A stretch of 63,794 nt of DNA, counting the filler, from Rhabdomonas costata (taxonomy: Eukaryota): NCBI GenBank assembly GCA_019059605.1. It is 51 parts of 51 records of this genome, joined end to end, with 100 filler letters (N's around TTAATTAATTAA, not from the genome) between each part and the next. Parts side by side here need not be neighbours in the genome. Positions count along the whole stretch, not along the records: positions 35,083 to 36,237 come from JAHMHO010026021.1; positions 36,338 to 37,490 come from JAHMHO010026022.1; positions 37,591 to 38,743 come from JAHMHO010026023.1; positions 38,844 to 39,997 come from JAHMHO010026024.1; positions 40,098 to 41,250 come from JAHMHO010026025.1; positions 41,351 to 42,503 come from JAHMHO010026026.1; positions 42,604 to 43,756 come from JAHMHO010026027.1; positions 43,857 to 45,009 come from JAHMHO010026028.1; 43 more parts are not named here. One strand, given 5' to 3'. The position numbers were made by a program, and so were the translations under genes. Shown here piece by piece: positions 35,979 to 47,764 of this stretch (its first letter is position 1; each line of letters begins with the position of its first letter). The notes under the pieces were generated by a model. That model saw nothing but the letters and a program-made list of their open reading frames with translations. It did no database searches and was not told the DNA's origin.

Positions 35979-36122
35979 CTTCCACCCGAAGTCCTTCTCA
36001 ATGGCCTTCCGGGAGAGCTCCCTCCATGGAGTGGTGACCTCCCAGGTCTGCCTCAGGTAGGGTTCGTCGTGGGTGACGGCCTGCAGGAAGGCCAGCGCGA
36101 AGCAGTTCACGCTCCAGGGGAT
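35979..36122 (-). CDS. Exon of a PLP-dependent class I/II aminotransferase (HisC/CobD-like)
   Basis: IPWSVNCFALAFLQAVTHDEPYLRQTWEVTTPWRELSRKAI matches the PW.VN..A...........D..Y...T......R..L helix that follows the PLP lysine. CAG and GT boundaries, 48 codons. Confidence 0.7.
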
Positions 36123-36481
36123 CTGCACAAGTCGTGGCGGGCGGAAGCAAACGGGAAGATGGGCGCGGGAAAAAACATGGGATATGGCGGATTCTCAGTG
36201 CCGAAGTTGGCAAAGAAGAACGAATTAACAAAAAACCNNNNNNNNNNNNNNNNNNNNNNNNNNNNNNNNNNNNNNNNNNNNTTAATTAATTAANNNNNNN
36301 NNNNNNNNNNNNNNNNNNNNNNNNNNNNNNNNNNNNNGGGGTGTTTCCTTCCTTTTCCGCCTCTCTCTCTCTCCTCTTTCCTTCATGTGCCCTCTCTTCT
36401 TCTACTGCGCATTCTCAACTTTTTCGTAACAGTTGTCCTGCATTGCTCCCTACGTGCCCCCCCCCCTCAAAAAAAAAACAG

Positions 36482-37490
36482 CTGGGGCTAAGTGCGGACT
36501 CTCAACGCTGCAGTACAAGCTGAGCCAGATGGGCATCGACTACCGCGCCCTTTGGTATTGGACGCTTTCTTCCATCTCCCGCACCTCAACAGTGTGGGCG
36601 GATCGTTCGGATGCACCTGTGAATCCCACGACACGACTTCGATATGTTTGCTTTCAGAAACGCGCACACCAAGAGAGAGGCAAGAAGCGATGGGGCAGTC
36701 AAACAGGGCCTTCCACTTGGAATTGCATCAGAACGTCTCTCTCTCTCTCTCCTCGGTGTTTGTAGCTATGTGGGCGAGCGCTCGAGAATGCATACCAGCT
36801 TCCGCAACCAGCGTATCGCAGTAGAGAGTTGTGGAAAGAAGAACCAAGCGTCAGCTCCGCATCGGCCAGCGCGCTATGCGCTATTTCTTTCTCCTAGGGC
36901 TCAGATCTTGGACACCATTCTGAAGACCCTGGTGTGCGCAGAGGACTCGATTGAGCACGCCCCGGCCTGCTTTGAGGTGTTCGGGTTTGACGTCCTGATC
37001 GACTCCAACCTCAAGCCATGGATTCTGGAGGTCAACGCCTCCCCAAGGTACGTTCAGATGGGAAGGGGCTCCAAAAGGGAGGAAGGTGCGGGCTTCGAGG
37101 GATTCGTGGGCCATAAAGTTGATCTTGGATCCACGATCCACTCGTCTTTCTCAACCTGTCTGTGGCAAAATCTGAAACGCAGGTGATACAGGCTGTAGAA
37201 GCTGCGAAGACACCAATAGGGTAGAGGGGTGGGGGGACACTCTCCCATGGACTTCAATCCACCTCCACCACACTGACGCACTACTTTGCGGGCTTCGTGG
37301 GGAAAGACTAGCCTGGTGCTCGTCCCCTTCCTTCTTCTCAGCATGGATGTCGACCACGACCTGGACCGTGCCGTGAAGGGGGCGATGATCCGGGACACGG
37401 TGCGGCTGGTGCAGCCCTTGCCCTTCGACAGGGTAGCCCTGGCGTCCATTCTGGACCGTCGGCTGGGCTCAGACTTTGGCCACCCCCCCC
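36482..37490 (+). CDS. Tubulin-tyrosine-ligase-like (TTLL) polyglutamylase-type enzyme, three exons
   Basis: Exons 36482-36554, 36898-37047 and 37342->37490 join in frame. Signature [27 protein letters not shown]...[12 protein letters not shown]. Confidence 0.93.
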
Positions 37491-40097
37491 NNNNNNNNNN
37501 NNNNNNNNNNNNNNNNNNNNNNNNNNNNNNNNNNTTAATTAATTAANNNNNNNNNNNNNNNNNNNNNNNNNNNNNNNNNNNNNNNNNNNNGGTGGGTGTG
37601 GTTCAGCAAAAAATGAGCTACTAATGTACTGCAACTATTTGCTGAACCACACCCATCACAACATGGTGTGCAAACACTATCCCCAGTTCCAGAACAGCCG
37701 CCGCCGATCGCAGAGTCCACCCAACCTCTTCACACAGACCCTGAGGCGCCAAATCCACTGGACACTACTCATATTCTACGTCTGCTGAACACTCGCTTTC
37801 ACCATCTCTTGAAGGCTAATCATTCTTCATGAATCTCGTTAATCATCACCATCAAGTTAGTCCTCTTTGGACGATTCCCAACCACTTAGATGGAACTGGA
37901 TCCCACAACCATCTTTAAAACTTCCCGTGATAATGGGTGCGTTATTCCAGCAGAATCTCCACATCGGACTACGATGGTGACGCATTTGCCTCAACTATTG
38001 CAAAATTTTGAGCCAACCGTGCCGTAGCCACAAATACTCAATCAACCCTTAAACCAAGAGCTACCGCAGATTTCACCAACTACCGAACCATGCACTGAAC
38101 GTTACACCAAGAACACCTGCCATCACACCCAAGCAGCTCCTATCAACTATCACTCAAAGCATTGCTCACACCAACGAATCACCAAATTAGGAATAACCAC
38201 TTAGACGGTCCAATTTTGCCCCTATCACACTCACTGTACCTAAATTCCATCCTGACTTATGCTTTCAGTTTGAAACTTTTATCTTTATTCCATGGTGGCA
38301 TTCCATCCTTTGTTTCGTCTGCACATCCTTCTTTCCTCCATTATTCTTCAACATTTCAACTGCTGTTCTCGAAAAAAGTCAGCCAATTATCACACTGTTT
38401 TTGTAGCAAAGCACCATCTTTCACAACCGGCATCTCGCCCAAACGCAGGACATCGGCCATCACCGCTCCGTTGAACTTAGTGTTTCACACAACCTGCGGT
38501 AACTTTTCGTATGCCCCCTCTAGTGGCAGCCATGTAAGTCTTTGTTAGAAACGGCTGCCTTGGAGGTAGACCGCACCCCAACTTCATGCATAACCAGCTA
38601 ACGGGGAGAAGAACTTGTACCTAGTGGATGGGAAATATGGAATTTACCCTGATCCTAGTGCAAAGTCCAACTAGCGTTACCACTTGACACCAATGGCTCC
38701 CGCAAGCTTCCCAGTTCTCAACACCACCGTGACACTCCTACCTNNNNNNNNNNNNNNNNNNNNNNNNNNNNNNNNNNNNNNNNNNNNTTAATTAATTAAN
38801 NNNNNNNNNNNNNNNNNNNNNNNNNNNNNNNNNNNNNNNNNNNGGTCAGTTTGATGTAGGGGGCGTACGCAAGCAAGTTGTAGGTAAGCATGTGGCGATG
38901 TTGGCTTAGATTGTCTTTTCACGGAAGCAGTCGGTCACATCATCATGAAAATTGCAGGGTGTGATTGTGTCTTTCTGCGCCGTGCGGAGATGTTTGTGTA
39001 GCGTATTGAAATCGGAAATCAATTCCGTGTTGGGTGTTGCAATGACACGGGGGGCGACGAATACCTTCCATGGGGTACTTTTGGAAGCGAGGTGCGGTAG
39101 CATTTACTGGTCATTCCCATTTGCGTTTTGATTCCGGCGCCTTCAGTGTTACCGCGGGGCTTCAAGCACACGTTTCATTACCTAAGAGCTCAATCCGGTG
39201 GGCGCCTTAACACCACCATTTTTTCTGGAGCGTGGCCCGCCAGTGGAATCACAGCGGATCACGCAGACCGATACCAGGCACAAAACCTCTCATTTTTCTC
39301 CAGACCCAGGCAGGCATCTCTCATTGTTCCTGGATTTACCAGAACAAAAATAGGCATAGGTGAAAATCGAAACACGGAATCGGCAGGGGAAAAATCTGCG
39401 TAAAATCAGCCCGTGGCGAACACAAAACGGGCAAACGAAAAACCCTATAATTTGGCAAGAAAAAACAATCGGCACCGCAGGGAGTATCCGACAACACAAC
39501 TCTCCTGAACCCACCATCCCAGACACTCTGGGTTTCCCCGTGTTTGTGCGTGCTGTGTGTGTTCCGATTTCCCCCCGTGGTGTTTGCACGCCACGTCTTG
39601 CGGCTTTGTAAAATGGATTTACATTGCCAAAAATTGGACTGATTTGACCTTGTCGTGATAGAAAAACTTTCGTGCGTTCGGGGCAATGCTTTGGGTGGTT
39701 TTCCTGAATCTTTGCTGGGCGTTTCATAACCCTAAACAATGGTTTGATGCACACCATTATACATACCCAAACCGATGCACAAAACATGGCTCCTGTAAAA
39801 AACGACGCTTTCACTTACAAAGATCCATGGAGCCAAAAATGACAAAACAAATAACGAGAGTTTTAAAAACCCAATTGCCGAATACCAAAATATCCACACC
39901 CAGTGGGTGTAGCACACCTAAATTGGCCTAAATCAGCTCCAATTAATGCAAAAACAACGAAGGAAAACGGATTCGACTGCTCCGAGATATGACACTANNN
40001 NNNNNNNNNNNNNNNNNNNNNNNNNNNNNNNNNNNNNNNNNTTAATTAATTAANNNNNNNNNNNNNNNNNNNNNNNNNNNNNNNNNNNNNNNNNNNN

Positions 40098-40326
40098 TGT
40101 TGGTGTGGTGTACAACATTCCTGGGATGACCTTTGCCACGCCACCGCTGAACCTCACCACGCAGCTCCTGGCGGACATCTACCTAGAGCGGGTGACGCGG
40201 TGGGATGACCCTCAGATTGTCGGGCTGAACCCCTATTTGGCGGGGCTGCTGCAGAGCGTCCCCATTACTCGGTTCGTTCGTGCGGACTCCAGCGGCACGA
40301 CCTCCTTGTTCACCGCTGCTCTGAAG
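40098..40326 (+). CDS. Exon of a PstS-like periplasmic phosphate-binding domain
   Basis: VVYNIPG...LNLTTQLLADIYLERVTRWDDPQIVGLNP...ITRFVRADSSGTTSLFT matches the PstS YN.PG, W.DP.I..LNP and R.D.SGTT..FT motifs. Ends at AAG|GTGAAT. Confidence 0.9.
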
Positions 40327-42604
40327 GTGAATTTTCTCTCTCTCCATCCTTTTTTTTCTGTTCCCTTTAATTTCCTTCAGAAAATGTTAAATTATCATGT
40401 CTTTGTGTCAAAGTCACCTTGTCAAACGAAACTCCTCATTCTGCCGAACCTTTGACACGCTCTAGTAGCAGCCCTCACCGGCGCGGAATCTCATCTTCGC
40501 TTACAGTTCAAACCGATGGATTGTTTTTGTCTATTCCGCTCCACTTGGCGAGCGAGATCACTGTGAACAGTCCACGTCACACATCCGCTGGGTTTTGGAC
40601 GAGCGGCTCGTCGTGTACTGGCATTCTGGCACAGCTTTTGCTCAGCGACTTCTTCTCCATGCACTGAGGGAGGGGCAGTGGATGGTAGTTCAGTTGTGAG
40701 GCCGATCTTCCCCATGTTGAGAAAGCAAGATACCTGACCGAACAAGGTAAAATGTGGAAAGTTATAGTAGCGCATATGTCAGGCAGCAGAGAGAGTCACC
40801 AACGAGCACGTCGACGATACGGCGAGGGAGGAAGTGAGTTAGAGTGAGAGCAGAGGTAAATGCCACATGCCCACGTGAGACAGACGCCGTGCACCAAGGA
40901 GAACACTAAAGAACACCAATGAGTGTGGCCACCATCCCTTGATGGGCTCCCCATCCCACAGTCCGCTATAGGAACAACTTTTTCGTTGCGGTACGGGTGG
41001 AGAGAACTGCTGCCTTGTGGGACGGGACTGCGGCTGAGTTGAGCAGGCTCGGTCGAATGATGAGCAGCCGATCATCACAGCTTGCATCATCAACAACAGC
41101 TATTCACTCCTGAACAAAAAACCCACAAAGCACATAGGAGTAACCAGAAACCGGCCCAACTGGCTCAATGGGATAGCACAAGCAGAACAGCCGCCGCCTG
41201 AAGGTGACGTCCCGATGATTAAATCGGACTCACCTCGGTCCCCAACACCCNNNNNNNNNNNNNNNNNNNNNNNNNNNNNNNNNNNNNNNNNNNNTTAATT
41301 AATTAANNNNNNNNNNNNNNNNNNNNNNNNNNNNNNNNNNNNNNNNNNNNGGGTGGGGGGGGTATAAAGTGCTCCGAACCACAACAAAGAAAGGGACAGG
41401 GAAAAAAAGAGGAGATCAGTGGGAGGTGAATGAACGACGGAGCTAGCGCGAGTTGGGACAGCGGGAAAGCAGACAAAAGGCTCAAAGCGGCGGAAGTATC
41501 GACTGCTAAGAACAGAAAATGAGCAGCACAAAAGAAAAAGAAAAACATGGCGCAGAGTCCGATCAGTAAAATAACTAGCATTATCAGATGATAAGTGCAT
41601 TACAGGAGCGTCTTCTACGACTGGGATACCAAGTGGTTTCCACGCGTATGGAGAGGTGACATCATGGCTCGGTCGGCTGACCTGACCTGCCCGCCTGACC
41701 GCATGTACGTGGGACAGCAATAAGTGGTCCGCCTGACCGCATGTAGGCAGGACAGGAAGAAGCGCCATTGCGGGGAGAGGGGGGGAGGGAAGGCATTTAA
41801 ACTTTGGTCAAGTCGGTTTTTGGTGAGATAGGGCTACAATTTGAGCGCAGTTTTCGGCCCGACATTGAACCATGAGAGAAGGAAGGACAAAGATGCAGAA
41901 CTATTTGTCATTTTAGGATCCTATTCTAAGCCTTTTCATTTCAGTTCGCACAACCCCTATCCCTCCACACATTGTTTCTTTCTTGACGTTCTTGATGGAC
42001 CCCCCCCCATCCCATGTTCTGGGGAAACGGCCCCTCATTCTTCCTTTCATTTTGTTTTCTTTGCACCTTTGCTGTGAAACTGACTTTTTCGGGAAGTTGC
42101 AGCGCCCTGTTTTTGCAGAGTTATTGCAACAAAGGTTAGGCCTTCCACTCTGAACCCCCTGCTGCTTTCGCCACTTCACTACGCTCTTTTATTGTTTCTG
42201 CTTCTGCTGTGTTACAGTTACTCCTATGCGGGGCGGGTGTTCCGCATACTGGTCTCTGCTGCAACTGAACAGGAAGCGTACAAGAGAACAACAAGCAACC
42301 GAACAAGTGTACGAGACCTCAGCAAGCGCAGAAACAAGGCAGCACGCACAGCAGCAAGCAAACGAGTAGCAAACCAGATGAGCCTCCGTGGCCCACCTCG
42401 AAGTCAAACTGGGCCGCAGGTTGGTCAACCCCTCACCGCACCTTCACTCCTCTGGCAACCCTCCAATGACCAATTACACGCCCAAACTTTGGGCCAAAAC
42501 ACANNNNNNNNNNNNNNNNNNNNNNNNNNNNNNNNNNNNNNNNNNNNTTAATTAATTAANNNNNNNNNNNNNNNNNNNNNNNNNNNNNNNNNNNNNNNNN
42601 NNNT

Positions 42605-43271
42605 GTGTGGGTGTGCGGGCTGTACCGCCCTGCCAAGGGCTGGGCCCCGCCCGTCCTGGCGGAGCATTTCAACCTCCCCACCCGCACCGAGCTCTCCCCT
42701 CACCTGGTGTGAGAAGGGCGTGAGCGAGTCTGAGGGAGTAAGTGAGTGTGCGTCGGGTGCATAGTGTGCTGGCTTTTGAGGACTGCTATCGACCAACAAG
42801 TGCACACGCTGTTGACCACGGGTGCGCCGCGGCTGTTTCCTCGCAGCTTACGGTGCCGTGGAGTACTGGCTCCCCCCGTGGGTGTATTTTTCCTGTGTGT
42901 TTTTGTGGCCATCTCGATGGAATAATCAAGCAAACCTTGCTGCCGCAGTGCTCTACAACATTATGGACTTACCCAGTGATCATTTCCGCTCCTGAATGAA
43001 TTATAACCGCTTTTGTCTCTTTTTCTTTAAAAATGGCTCAACGGCAACCCAGTTTCCGCTGAAAAGAGAATGGCGGATTGCATCTCTGCTTGAACCGAGT
43101 GCCCTGCTTTGACTTATTTTCATCGAACCAAAGTATCCTTACACAAATGCTACGTGATACACTTCCTCGCAGATCTGGGGTAGCCTGCTGTTTGGCCTGG
43201 GGTGGGGCCTGGCGGGGCAGTGCCCCAGTTCCGCTCTGGCCTCGCTGCCCCGTGCCTGCCCCCTTCAGTGG
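42605..43271 (+). CDS. YeeE/YedE (sulfur/thiosulfate transport) family membrane protein, two exons
   Basis: Exon <42605-42706 ...PPVLAEHFNLPTRTELSPHL joins in phase 0 to an exon from 43173, IWGSLLFGLGWGLAGQCPSSALASL, matching family motif P......F.LP....I...L..G..LFG.GWGL.G.CP. Missed by the ORF track. The 3' end is approximate. Confidence 0.85.
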
Positions 43272-44457
43272 GTGTGGCTGGCCGGCCTGTGCGCTGGGAT
43301 GGCCCTGTGGTGGGCGTTGGACTTCTCCCGGGCCACGAGTGCCCCCCGACGGGCGAAGCGGGAGTGAGGAACCCGCATGTTGGGAGGCTCGATGCTGCCG
43401 GGACTGTCAACAAACCCTCTTTTTCATCGGATTGTTCTGAGAATACCAAACAAGACTTTTTCATACGATGGGTGTTGGACCTCACAAGCCTTTCGAAGGT
43501 GTGTCCTTGCAGCTTTAATTGGTTCTGTAAAAGGTGCAAAAGGGATCGACACCGACTTCTGCCACCCACAAAAAGCACGGCTGGACAACCCCTTTGCCTC
43601 ATTTTTGTGAAAGATCGCAACACTGTGTCTTTTTCCTCTGTGTGCGCTCTTTCGTATCACTCAGGTTTTTACGCGGGGCGAAACTGAGAGCAAAAGGGGA
43701 CGTCATCAGTGGTAGAAGCAAAACCGAAATTGTGATAAACTTTGTCCCCACAACCCNNNNNNNNNNNNNNNNNNNNNNNNNNNNNNNNNNNNNNNNNNNN
43801 TTAATTAATTAANNNNNNNNNNNNNNNNNNNNNNNNNNNNNNNNNNNNNNNNNNNNTAAACGCGCAAAAATCCGGTTCAAAGTCCGGCGCGGTGCAAGAA
43901 GTGGTGCAGATCGGAGCGGTGGAAGGGTCAGTGGGGAGAGAGAGAGGATAGTGCTGGCTGGGATACATATACACAATTACTAGAGAGCAACACCGCTCGC
44001 AATAGACAATGCTGGAATGGGGGATAAATGCTATGTTTGTGCTTGCTCAGATCAAAATCAAGTAAAACATCGCTTTCGGAGGGAGGGAGTGATTGAGAGA
44101 CCAGTCGTGTGGGTGGATGCGTTCAATTCTCTCAAAATACGGCAGGATGCATGCGGTACCCTAAGGATTGGGCACAAGCGGCGGGGTTGCGAATTGTTAG
44201 ATGAGCAGTGTTGTCGAAAATTCTTTCCTGGTTGTGTGACAATTAGCGCCCCCCGAACTTATACCCCTTCCTCTAATAATTCAGTCGTGAAGCCCCCAAA
44301 AAAACCAACTAAAAAGTGTATGGCCCGATAATTCACTGCAAGCAACAGCCTGCGCGCTTTTCCAAGAGCATCCCACCTAGACTGATTCTCTGAGCTCTGG
44401 GAGTGCAAGGATGCTCTCGTGGGAAAGCCCATACATCGACGCGTGGCAAGGCCCGAC

Positions 44458-44604
44458 CTGAGTGTATCCCTGAGAGTACAAAGCAGAGCTCTGGGCAATC
44501 GCATGAGGGGAGCGCCTATCCCTCAACGTGGGGAAGTGGTTGTACTCCACAATCCGGGTGAAGTTGCCGGACTCCAGCTGGGGGTAGTTCACTACAGAGG
44601 CGAC
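44458..44604 (-). CDS. Isolated putative exon, unknown protein
   Basis: ATAG|VASVVNYPQLESGNFTRIVEYNHFPTLRDRRSPHAIAQSSALYSQGYTQ|GTCGGG. Confidence 0.4.
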
Positions 44605-45147
44605 CTATGCGGGTGGAAGGCAGTCCGCTTCACACAATTCATACTTCACACACCCGCAGCACTCCAACCAATCGAATGACTAAGGCGAGAGGCTAATAAG
44701 AACGTTGGCAACCCGCGACCATAATACTAACACCAAACATACCAACGGAGGAACCCAACTGTCACACTCATTCGTATGGCATTGATCCAATAAAAATATG
44801 CCGTTTCGTATGACATTCAACTCCCTTTCCCTCTTCCCCACTCTTATGCTTTTTCCTTCATTCTTCCTTCCCCCATCTGACTTGACTTCTTTGTTTGGAT
44901 GAGTACCATCCCCTGCACTGCCTTCAACTTCGGACATACTGTGAAAGTGAACTTATGTTTCACCGTTCACGATCAATCTCAACATCACGAGGAAACTCTA
45001 AAACCCCCCNNNNNNNNNNNNNNNNNNNNNNNNNNNNNNNNNNNNNNNNNNNNTTAATTAATTAANNNNNNNNNNNNNNNNNNNNNNNNNNNNNNNNNNN
45101 NNNNNNNNNGTGGGGGGTGTGAACCCCGTGTACTACACCCGGCACAC

Positions 45148-45321
45148 CTTGTAGCACAAGGAAAACGTTCCCCCGAGGGTAAACATGAACGACACGGTGG
45201 CTGCTGTTGCACTACCCCGGAGGTTCATTGTAGTGGTACCGGGGGCATAGCCCGCCCCACAGCCGACGGTACCACCAACATTTTGCACAACTTTCACCAA
45301 GTCCTGGGTCGGAGTCAGCCC
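45148..45321 (-). CDS. Exon of a repeated extracellular beta-sandwich module
   Basis: GLTPTQDLVKVVQNVGGTVGCG...ATVSFMFTLGGTFSLCYK. The D..K.V...C...G.(Y/F).LCY pattern is seen in large protist surface proteins. ACAG and GTGTGC boundaries, 58 codons. Confidence 0.65.
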
Positions 45322-45864
45322 CTGTAAGGGAAAAAGCAGCATGCCCAGGCCACACCAAAGGGCGTCATGCCTGCGACACACTCACCTACATACCATACTT
45401 ACGGTACGTGTCATTGAGGGAAGAAGTGCGGAGGAAGGGAAAGCAAGACGGGATAATTTTAAGTCCAGTCCATGTGATATAGAAAATCGAGCAGCTTGCC
45501 CACAGAACTCCCTCTCACCACCCTGTCATCGCGCCATTACTCTGCCCCCTCCCCAATACAATCCATAACAAGCTGTGACACAACACTCCCGGTGCAATGG
45601 AAGTTGGAGGAGTGGTTGTGATAGTTACCAGCGGTAACTGTTACCGGTGGAAAGCTTTACCGGCCTTCCGCTCTGACCCGTCAGCTTCTCCCAAACGCAT
45701 TACAACCCGTGCACCCACAAAGCCACTGCAAGTGCGAGTGTGTTCAATTCTTTGACTTAGGGACAGTTGTGTTTGTTTGTTCGTGTTTGTGTGTGTTTGT
45801 GTGATGTAAAGACACACGTTAAGGAGAGCGATGATGGAAAGAAAAGAAAAGCTGCCCCTAACCT

Positions 45865-45948
45865 AAGACGAGCAGCCTGGGTGCTCGCACGGAGGGTCCT
45901 ATAGCTCTATTGTCAGACGTGGGGTGCCGACTCACCAGACAACAGGCT
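45865..45948 (+). repeat. Dispersed ~90-bp structured repeat, copy 2
   Basis: Homologous to 33345-33437. AGCCTG/CAGGCT and GGTG/CACC can pair. Confidence 0.85.
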
Positions 45949-46520
45949 AAGACCCTCCGCCTGCCCCACGTGTCCCAGGCTTATGTACACAAACGCGCGA
46001 AAGAAACTCTGAGTCCTCCCCCCCAACCGGCGCAACACTGGGGCGAGAAACCCTTGTCGGGGTGTGGTGCAAGCTTTTGGCACGCCCACTCCACTCCCAC
46101 CACAATGCAGGGAAGAAATGCAAAGAACCACCCATGCTGCGGCGGTACACGCACTCATCCCTGTGCACCACTCGGGCGGCCACGAGAACCACCACACCTC
46201 AACCCAGAGCGTTGCTGGTGAGGACACCAAGCCACCACCGGCAGGCATGCACCCACAAAAACNNNNNNNNNNNNNNNNNNNNNNNNNNNNNNNNNNNNNN
46301 NNNNNNTTAATTAATTAANNNNNNNNNNNNNNNNNNNNNNNNNNNNNNNNNNNNNNNNNNNNGTGGTTTGGCAGGGCTCCCCTCATTCTTGATGCATTGC
46401 TGTCACGTCGTTGTCTCAAGCTGAGAGGTTAGAGTGGAAGATAGCCGGTGTTGCTGCTGTGCTTCTTGCCTTCCTTGACCCATGCGCCATCTTTATTTGC
46501 GTGGTTGCTATAGCAGGCTA

Positions 46521-46642
46521 CACCGTAAACTGAGAGTTTTTAACCACGGCACACCACAGATTGCCGCGAAGGACCACCGGCAAAATATAGGCTAAAAAGA
46601 CTCTGTTCGAAATGTCACTACTAAATTCTCAGTTTCGGGGTG
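46521..46642. mobile_element. MITE-like element, copy 1 (imperfect TIRs CACCGTAAACTGAGA...TCTCAGTTTCGGGGTG)
   Basis: Imperfect terminal inverted repeats. The right end CTAAATTCTCA(G/A)TTTCGGGGTG is shared with 54814-54835. Confidence 0.6.
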
Positions 46643-46711
46643 TTACTAGCCTTATGTTGTCGCCATCGATAAATTTGTCTTCGGCGCCTTCTTCTGCCGC
46701 TGCTGTGTCAG

Positions 46712-46833
46712 GTGGACGACCTCAACTCGGAGACGTCGCTGCTTCGGGAGCAGCTCGCGACGGCGCTGCGGATGCTCAGCGAGGAGCGCAACACGTTCTC
46801 CTCCCGCGAGGAGTCCCTGAAGCAGGAGATCCG
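46712..46833 (+). CDS. Coiled-coil exon (VDDLNSETSLLREQLATALRMLSEERNTFSSREESLKQEI)
   Basis: TCAG acceptor, GTAAGG donor, heptad pattern. Confidence 0.6.
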
Positions 46834-47620
46834 GTAAGGCGGGCGGACACACAGGCGTATATCCCGGGCGAAGAGTCACTGCCTTGGGGCAGAGGAGGTG
46901 AGAAAGGTGACCGCAGGGACGATGCCACCACGCACACTTCGAAGCTCAGAGAACGTGACGTTAAGCACACCCGTTGCGGCTTGAAACATAACAAGGCACA
47001 CTGATCTTGGCCCAAGGAGTTTTGCACGCAGCCCCAGGCCGTTCACACATCCCAAGGAAAAGCTCGAAGGTGCGTTTCAACACGAGGCCGCAGCCCCGCG
47101 TAACCGAGTTTTGAGCAACACACTTGATCAGCGGCAATCTTAGTTCGGTAGGTGTGTGCATTGCCGATGACACTGCAAAACGAGCCAGAAACAGACGGGC
47201 TGCTCTGCAAGGTGGAGATTGCCACATGTTGCGGCATTCGCATCCGTCGGGCCCAGTTGTAACCCAAGAATACACGCACCGTACTTTCTGATTGCTTAGG
47301 ATTAAGTTCCAAGCTAGCGGTGACGATGGTTCAGAAAAATCAGCATCATGACATTCGTGCAATTTCTTTTTGATCCCTTGAAGGTCGTTGTAAACACTGT
47401 TAACGTTGGTATAATAGTACTTGACCAGTGATAGCCGGGGAATGTCCGCTCCCGTGCTAACATTAACATTAAAGCCAAATGATCGGTGGAATGATGTCAT
47501 GATATCCCACGCTTNNNNNNNNNNNNNNNNNNNNNNNNNNNNNNNNNNNNNNNNNNNNTTAATTAATTAANNNNNNNNNNNNNNNNNNNNNNNNNNNNNN
47601 NNNNNNNNNNNNNNGTGGGT

Positions 47621-47764
47621 TTGTCCTCGCCCTGCTTAGCACCAGCTGGAGTGAAGTTTAATTGCATCGAATAGGATCACCCAAAGCCTCCTGAGGACAC
47701 TGAATAACTACGCCAGACATGGATAAAACTTCACTCCAGCTGGTGCTAAGCAGGGCGAGGACAA
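47621..47764. repeat. Perfect 39-bp inverted repeat with 66-nt spacer at contig start
   Basis: TTGTCCTCGCCCTGCTTAGCACCAGCTGGAGTGAAGTTT (47621-59) and its reverse complement (47726-64). Confidence 0.95.

Noticed and set aside
37591-38743. C/A-skewed contigs (also 55131-56282 and 30071-31223) as decayed retroelement or gene remnants
   Set aside because: No RT, endonuclease or integrase motif could be identified by eye.
41057-41113. ATGATGA...CTGA possible C/D snoRNA (a similar pair occurs at ~56788-56841)
   Set aside because: No convincing D'/C' pair, terminal stem or recognisable rRNA guide. Such pairs are expected by chance.
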